From an uncultured Verrucomicrobiae bacterium (GTDB lineage Bacteria > Verrucomicrobiota > Verrucomicrobiia > Limisphaerales > UBA11358): DNA of 64,000 nt. The first letter of the stretch is position 1; every line of letters starts with the position of its first letter. The notes below the pieces were generated by a model. That model was not told the DNA's origin and ran no database searches. It was given only the letters and a program-made list of their open reading frames with translations. The DNA lies in contig CAWIGO010000002.1 in the NCBI GenBank assembly GCA_963835625.1, positions 8,116-72,115 of the forward strand. Reading direction: 5' to 3'. Positions 58,587 through 64,000 of this stretch are shown in pieces. The translations under genes were made by a program, and so were the position numbers.

Positions 58587-59040
58587 TTACGTTTCGTCAA
58601 AAAGCCCGTTTTTCAAGCGTTTTATTCACTTAGCCCTAAAATTGGCGGTTAACCTCGCCCGCTGTGACCGCCCACGCCGCTCAAAACCTGCTGTTTCGTT
58701 AAAGGGTTCGCATACACGCTTTTATTAATTAAAATCTTCATCCAAGTACTGAAACAACACATTGACTCCCAATATGTTACAAATCAAAAAATCAAAACCC
58801 TCATCCCGCTTTTTCCACAGATGCTAAAACGGCCGCGACCGACTCATACTTACACGAGGGTTTTATGTGAATGAGCCGAACGTTTCGAGGATAACATATT
58901 AACTTTTGTTCACGAGTTATTCACATCGGCCTTTCGACCCATTAAATCAATGATTTACAATTACTTTACAAATCGCTTTCTGAATTTGCACCCGGTCAAA
59001 ATTATACTTCCAACGGGTATTTCCCTCAAAAAGAAATCAC
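58587..59040. other. Candidate oriC / dnaA upstream region
   Basis: AT-rich. DnaA-box matches: TTTTCCACA 58811-58819 and TTATTCACA 58917-58925 fit TTWTNCACA; near matches lie at 58622-58630, 58866-58874 (reverse strand) and 58906-58914. Confidence 0.5.
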
Positions 59041-59478
<438 letters not shown>

Positions 59479-59531
59479 TCATTGACACTATTTTCCCCGA
59501 CTGTTAGCTTTCGTCCTTCCAGAAGCCCAAA

Positions 59532-62435
59532 ATGGACTATAAAAACACATTGAATTTGCCGCGCACCGATTTCCCAATGAGGGCCGATTTGGTGGCGCGC
59601 GAGCCTGAACGGTTGAAAAAGTGGGGGGCGGCGAGGCTTTACGAAAAAATCCAGGCTGACCACGCCAATGTGAAGGAAAAGTTTGTCCTGCACGATGGTC
59701 CGCCGTTTGCCAACGGCGACGTGCACATCGGCACCGCGCTGAACAAGATTCTCAAGGATATCATCGTCAAATACAAGACCTTGCGTGGCTTCAGCACGCC
59801 CTACATTCCGGGTTGGGATTGCCACGGATTGCCCATCGAATTCAAGGTTTCACAGGAGATGCGGAAAGGCCAGAAGTCAGAAGTCGGAAGTCAGAAGCCG
59901 GATCCCGATCGATTTTCGCCGTCCGCGATTCGCAAAGCTTGCGAAGCTTACGCCCGCAAGTTCATTGACATCCAGCGAACTCAATTCAAACGGCTCGGCG
60001 TGCTCGGCGATTGGGACAATCCCTATCTCACATTCAATAAAGAATACGAGGCCGACGAACTGCGCCTGTTCGCCGACATCGTTGAAAAGGGTTTTATCTA
60101 TCGCGGCAAAAAGCCGGTTTACTGGAGCATCCCTTGCCACACCGCGCTGGCTGAAGCCGAGGTCGAATATCAAGACCACGTTAGCCCCAGCATCTATGTA
60201 AAATTTCCGGTCGTCGGCCAGTCAAAAACTTTTATCCTGATCTGGACGACCACTCCATGGACTCTGCCGGCGAATCTCGCGGTGGCTTACAATTCGAAGT
60301 TCCAATACGTGAAGGTCCGCGTCGGCGATGAAAATTACATTCTGTTCCGCGGTCTGCTGGCCGCTGTCGCGGGAAAATGCGGTTGGAGCAATTGCAAAGA
60401 ACAACCGTTTCCAACCAAAAAGCTTGCTGTGCTGCAGTTTCAGCATCCATTCTGTAGTCGCACTGGCAGGTTTTATCCCGCTGACTTTGTTGCCAGCGAC
60501 ACTGGCACGGGCTTCGTCCATATCGCACCGGGACACGGCTTGGAGGACTATCAACTCGGCTCATCTGTCGGTCTGCCGATTTATTCGCCGGTGGATGATG
60601 ATGGTAAGTTCATGCACACGAACGATTTGCCCGTTGAGCAACAGATGCCGTCAGAGATGGTTGGCAAATCCATCCTCGAAAAACATGGCAAGAGCGATGC
60701 GAACGAAGCAGTGCTACATGAACTGCGCGTTCGTAAGGCGCTGTTGCACCAGGAAGATTATCACCACAGCTATCCGCATTGCTGGCGCAGCAAAACGCCA
60801 ATCATTTTCCGCGCAATGGATCAATGGTTCATCGAAATTGACCATGAGAAATTCCGTGACCGTGCTCTGGCAGAAATTGACCGCGTGAACTGGATTCCCG
60901 ATTGGAGCGTCAATCGAATTAAAAGTGCCGTGCAAACTCGTCCCGACTGGTGCATCTCGCGCCAGCGCACTTGGGGTGTGCCGATTCCCGCGTTCTACGA
61001 TGCGAAAGGAAATCCGATTCTCGATGCACAAATTGTTCGCAACGCGGCTGATTTGATTGAAAAGCATGGTTCAAATATCTGGTTCGAAAAATCCGCTGCG
61101 GAACTTTGGTCGCTGGTGAAACCGAAGAATTGGAATGGACCAGAAGCCGTCACCAAATCCAACGACACATTGGATGTGTGGATCGATTCGGGAAGTTCGT
61201 CGCGAAGTGTGCTGATGCGGCGGACGGAACTCCATCATGAGGTAGGGCGCGCTGTCCCCAGCGCGCCGCGGCGCAGTGAGAACACTGCGCCCTACCAGGC
61301 TTGGCAAGCCGACATTTATTTCGAAGGCTCCGACCAGCATCGCGGCTGGTTTCAATCGTCACTGCTGCTGTCACTCGCGGGCAACGGGGCCGCGCCGTTT
61401 AAGACGGTGCTTACGCACGGATTCATGGTGGATGCCGACCGCGAAAAGATTTCCAAGAGCAAACAAAGCCAGGGCGGCTACGAAAAACCGCAGACATCCG
61501 AAGCCTATGTGAAGAAATGGGGCGCGGATATTGTGCGCCTGTGGGTTTCGTCGCAGGATTTTCGCAACGACATCATTGTGAGCGAGGAGCGCATCAACAA
61601 GGTGGCCGAGACCTACCGCGTCATCCGCAACGCGCTGCGTTATCAACTTTCGAACCTTTACGACTTCGATCCGGCAAAACACACCGTGCCGGACGACAAG
61701 CTCACCGGTCTCGACCGCTGGATTCTCGGCGAATTCTCGAAACTGGAGCGGGAAGTCATCGAGGCTTACGATAAATACGAATTTCACGTCGTCTATCAGG
61801 AGGTCAGCCAGTTCATTGCTGTTGAGTTGTCCTCGATTTACCACGACGTCATCAAAGACCGGCTTTACACCGACCCGGCGAATTCGCATCGCCGCCGCTC
61901 GACGCAGACGGCGTTGCACCGGCTCGTGACCGGCCTGTGCCAGATGCTCGCGCCGGTTCTGGCGTTCACGGCAGACGAAGCGTGGGAGTTTGTGCCGGGG
62001 AAAAAGGTGAATTCCGTTCATAAAGCGAATTGGAAACTAATTAAATTCTCGCTGACGGGATCTGAAATAGAAGATTGGGAATATTTATTCGTAGCGCGCG
62101 AAATCTGGTTGCCAATGTTGGAACAGAAACGTCGCGACAAAACTATCGGGAAATCTCTGGACGCTAAAATCCGACCTGTAACCGAACAAATGCCAGAATT
62201 GGCAAATAGCGAAAAACTTCAAGACACATTCAAAGAGTTGTTGAATGTTTCGCAGCTTGAATTTTTATCTTACAAAGGCAATCCAGAAGCCGATTTTACA
62301 GGCAAATTAGTCGTTCATGCTGATGGGCAAAAATGCGAGCGTTGTTGGCATTGGGAAACCGATATCGGTCAGAACAAGGAACATCCGACGCTTTGCGGTC
62401 GTTGTGTCGAGGCGGTGATTCAATTTAAGACGTAA
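59532..62435 (+). CDS. ileS: Isoleucine--tRNA ligase
   Basis: HDGPPFANGDVHIGT (HIGH), KISKSK (KMSKS), EGSDQHRGWF, C-terminal Cys cluster CERCWH...CGRC. Confidence 0.96.
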   Translation: MDYKNTLNLPRTDFPMRADLVAREPERLKKWGAARLYEKIQADHANVKEKFVLHDGPPFANGDVHIGTALNKILKDIIVKYKTLRGFSTPYIPGWDCHGLPIEFKVSQEMRKGQKSEVGSQKPDPDRFSPSAIRKACEAYARKFIDIQRTQFKRLGVLGDWDNPYLTFNKEYEADELRLFADIVEKGFIYRGKKPVYWSIPCHTALAEAEVEYQDHVSPSIYVKFPVVGQSKTFILIWTTTPWTLPANLAVAYNSKFQYVKVRVGDENYILFRGLLAAVAGKCGWSNCKEQPFPTKKLAVLQFQHPFCSRTGRFYPADFVASDTGTGFVHIAPGHGLEDYQLGSSVGLPIYSPVDDDGKFMHTNDLPVEQQMPSEMVGKSILEKHGKSDANEAVLHELRVRKALLHQEDYHHSYPHCWRSKTPIIFRAMDQWFIEIDHEKFRDRALAEIDRVNWIPDWSVNRIKSAVQTRPDWCISRQRTWGVPIPAFYDAKGNPILDAQIVRNAADLIEKHGSNIWFEKSAAELWSLVKPKNWNGPEAVTKSNDTLDVWIDSGSSSRSVLMRRTELHHEVGRAVPSAPRRSENTAPYQAWQADIYFEGSDQHRGWFQSSLLLSLAGNGAAPFKTVLTHGFMVDADREKISKSKQSQGGYEKPQTSEAYVKKWGADIVRLWVSSQDFRNDIIVSEERINKVAETYRVIRNALRYQLSNLYDFDPAKHTVPDDKLTGLDRWILGEFSKLEREVIEAYDKYEFHVVYQEVSQFIAVELSSIYHDVIKDRLYTDPANSHRRRSTQTALHRLVTGLCQMLAPVLAFTADEAWEFVPGKKVNSVHKANWKLIKFSLTGSEIEDWEYLFVAREIWLPMLEQKRRDKTIGKSLDAKIRPVTEQMPELANSEKLQDTFKELLNVSQLEFLSYKGNPEADFTGKLVVHADGQKCERCWHWETDIGQNKEHPTLCGRCVEAVIQFKT
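59872..59899. repeat. 7-bp-period tandem array (AGAAGTC-type, 4 units) inside ileS
   Basis: agaagtc agaagtc ggaagtc agaagcc. In frame as QKSEVGSQK. Confidence 0.85.
61241..61296. repeat. REPIN inserted in frame within ileS
   Basis: GGTAGGGCGCGCTGTCCCCAGCGCGCC + GCGGCGCAGTGAGAACACTGCGCCCTACC. Terminal GGTAGGGCGC/GCGCCCTACC inverted repeat and two internal hairpins. Translates as EVGRAVPSAPRRSENTAPYQ. Confidence 0.85.
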
Positions 62436-62455
62436 AAAGAAAATGCAAAATCCAA

Positions 62456-63313
62456 TTACGCATACAGTCCGTCAACCTGCAACAACGCTAGTTGCGGTGG
62501 CAACCATTCGCTGCCAAGCAATTTGGCGTTCTTACTTTCGTTGCACTGTCCACATGACATGCAAATATTTTCTGGGGAATGCGACCCGCCACGAGCTAAA
62601 GCTACGATGTGTTCAACGTGCATGTTCTTTGTCAAAAACCTCTTGGCACAATATGCACAATCGGCGTGCCTATGTGACAGCATTTGAATGATTTTAAGAT
62701 CGGCGGCTTTAATTTGTTCGGGCGTGCTGTTTTTATATTTGCGGGCGCGGCGGCGATGCCCTTTGGCGCGCACCTTGTCGGGATTGTTAGCCGCCCACCT
62801 TGCGTTAATTATTTTCTTAAAATCTCGGTTTTCAGACCGCCATTTCGCCGAATATTTGACGTTTCTTTCAGGGTGTTGTTTATTCCATTCTTGAATTCTG
62901 GATAGCACCTGATTCCTATTTTTAAGATAATATTTTTTGACAGAGGCTATCTTCTGCCGCCTTACTTCGAGATAATGTTTTGCATCGTATATTTTCTTCC
63001 GCTTGTTATTTTCAGGGTGGGCAGCTTTATACGTCGGCCATTTCGCTAAAATCGCGCCGCGATTTTTGGCATACCACGCCGCGTTTGTGGCTTTGCGCCT
63101 TTCCTTATTTTCCGCCCGCCATTTCGCATCAGCGGCTTTTTTTCGCTCCTTATTTTCACTGACCCATTTCCGGTTACTTGATCTCTCACGATCCTTGTTT
63201 TCGAGATAACGCTTTATCCTATTTGCTTTCTGCGTTGCCCGATTATTTGCATACCATCTTACTTGATAGTCTTTCTGCTTTTTTCTTTGTTCGGGCGAGA
63301 GGATACGTTTCAC
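62456..63313 (-). CDS. HNH endonuclease with a long N-terminal array of ~15-aa basic (W/Y)xxxN repeats
   Basis: HNH core HVEHIVALARGGSHSPENICMSCGQCNESK. About 10 repeat units such as WVSENKERKKAADAK and WRAENKERRKATNAA. AT-rich. Convergent with ileS. Confidence 0.8.
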   Translation of the reverse strand: MKRILSPEQRKKQKDYQVRWYANNRATQKANRIKRYLENKDRERSSNRKWVSENKERKKAADAKWRAENKERRKATNAAWYAKNRGAILAKWPTYKAAHPENNKRKKIYDAKHYLEVRRQKIASVKKYYLKNRNQVLSRIQEWNKQHPERNVKYSAKWRSENRDFKKIINARWAANNPDKVRAKGHRRRARKYKNSTPEQIKAADLKIIQMLSHRHADCAYCAKRFLTKNMHVEHIVALARGGSHSPENICMSCGQCNESKNAKLLGSEWLPPQLALLQVDGLYA

Positions 63314-63399
63314 AATTTTGACTTTGCGCCGGGCAAAAATTTTGTCCAGAAAAAATCACACCGGCTGCTGCTGCGTGAGGCGTGCAACGAACCGACAAC

Positions 63400-63560
63400 A
63401 AACCAAGCCCCGTCAGGGGCGACATATTTGTAGAAATCGCATCCCAAAACATTTCCAAGCTCCGTCAGGAGCGGCATATTCCGTTCGCCACCAGACGATG
63501 CCGCTTCTGACGGAGCTTGGGATTTCTACAAAACGCAAAACTACAAATATGCCGCGCCTA
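63400..63560. repeat. MITE-like hairpin repeats (CCGTCAGGAGCGGCATAT family)
   Basis: ccaagctccgtcaggagcggcat (63451-) and atgccgcttctgacggagcttgg (-63517) form an inverted repeat. Related half-sites lie at about 63400-63440 and 63535-63560. Confidence 0.6.
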
Positions 63561-63565
63561 CGGCG

Positions 63566-63610
63566 CTTTGCGGCCGTTGTGTCAAAGCAGTAAAACGGTT
63601 CAAGGCATAA
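63566..63610 (+). pseudogene. Diverged second copy of the ileS 3' terminus
   Basis: Encodes (PTA)LCGRCVKAVKRFKA-stop against (HPT)LCGRCVEAVIQFKT-stop at 62391-62435. About 33/45 nt identical by hand count, with the stop aligned. Confidence 0.6.
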
Positions 63611-63682
63611 ACGTGTCACAGACCTCTGGTCTGTATTTCCAACCCCTCACAGGCGTGACGCCCGTGCCACATTTTCGCTCGC

Positions 63683-64000
63683 CTAAAACCCGCCGCCCTT
63701 GTTGTTGATGAAGCTGATGCGGTTGGTGCTGCTGAAAGAGTTGGCTTGGGAAGTGTTCAGGAACCGGCAATTGGCGACGGTCACGTCCGTAATCGGGTTC
63801 GCAGAACTCAATCCCTGGAGATAAATCGCCTGCTTCACATTGGCAAAGGCGCAATCGCGGATGTCAATGTTGTGAATGACCGGCGTGTTCGTGCCCGTGT
63901 TGGCCGGGGAAGAGGAAGTATACTGCATCGTCATGTGAATGCCGGTTGTCTTGATAATTTTTAACATGCAGTTGCGAAAGTAAATGTTTGCAATATAACC
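63683..64000 (-). CDS. Right-handed beta-helix (pectin-lyase fold / GH28-like) protein, C-terminal part; the gene continues beyond the window
   Basis: The frame is open to position 64000, with periodic N/I/V beta-helix rungs (IHNIDIRDCAF, ITDVTVANCRF). Confidence 0.45.
   Translation of the reverse strand, partial: GYIANIYFRNCMLKIIKTTGIHMTMQYTSSSPANTGTNTPVIHNIDIRDCAFANVKQAIYLQGLSSANPITDVTVANCRFLNTSQANSFSSTNRISFINNKGGGF

Overview
GC-rich bacterial chromosome segment. The gene content and the repeat families suggest a PVC-group or Verrucomicrobiota-like organism, but that is inference only. It carries dnaA and a candidate oriC.

Most of the window is housekeeping: ruvB, a split carB (N-terminal half only), msrB, yebC, lysS, lpxD, tRNA-Leu(CAG), aroQ, accB, accC, trxA, opgG/opgH, purH, polX, thiD, queE, rsmA, clpP, dnaA, glnB and ileS. 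There are also envelope and efflux modules: a CnrYXH-like ECF sigma module, a frameshift-riddled Cus/Czc-type RND operon, a HlyD-ABC-TolC exporter, and a Wza/Wzc/FHA polysaccharide export set.

The most unusual signal is one architecture that recurs at five loci. A conserved gene terminus is present as 2-3 diverged direct copies that bracket unrelated cargo. The copies are roughly 70-92 percent identical, and the substitutions are mostly synonymous.
- carB-N 3' end: frameshifted ORF6N gene.
- lysS 5' end: GT-C-like membrane protein that now starts with 16 lysS-derived codons.
- lysS 3' end: overlapping HEPN + GIY-YIG gene pair.
- Oxidoreductase 3' end plus tRNA-Leu 5' half: a 62-aa ORF.
- ileS 3' end: an HNH nuclease.

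No integrase, transposase or reverse transcriptase is visible in the window.

Second tier:
- REP/REPIN elements with GTAG heads, one of them inserted in frame inside ileS.
- 7-bp-period microsatellite arrays sitting in frame inside carB, queE, rsmA and ileS.
- An uncharacterised gene translationally coupled between opgG and opgH.

All coordinates come from manual reading. Identities are hand counts, and no database search was possible.
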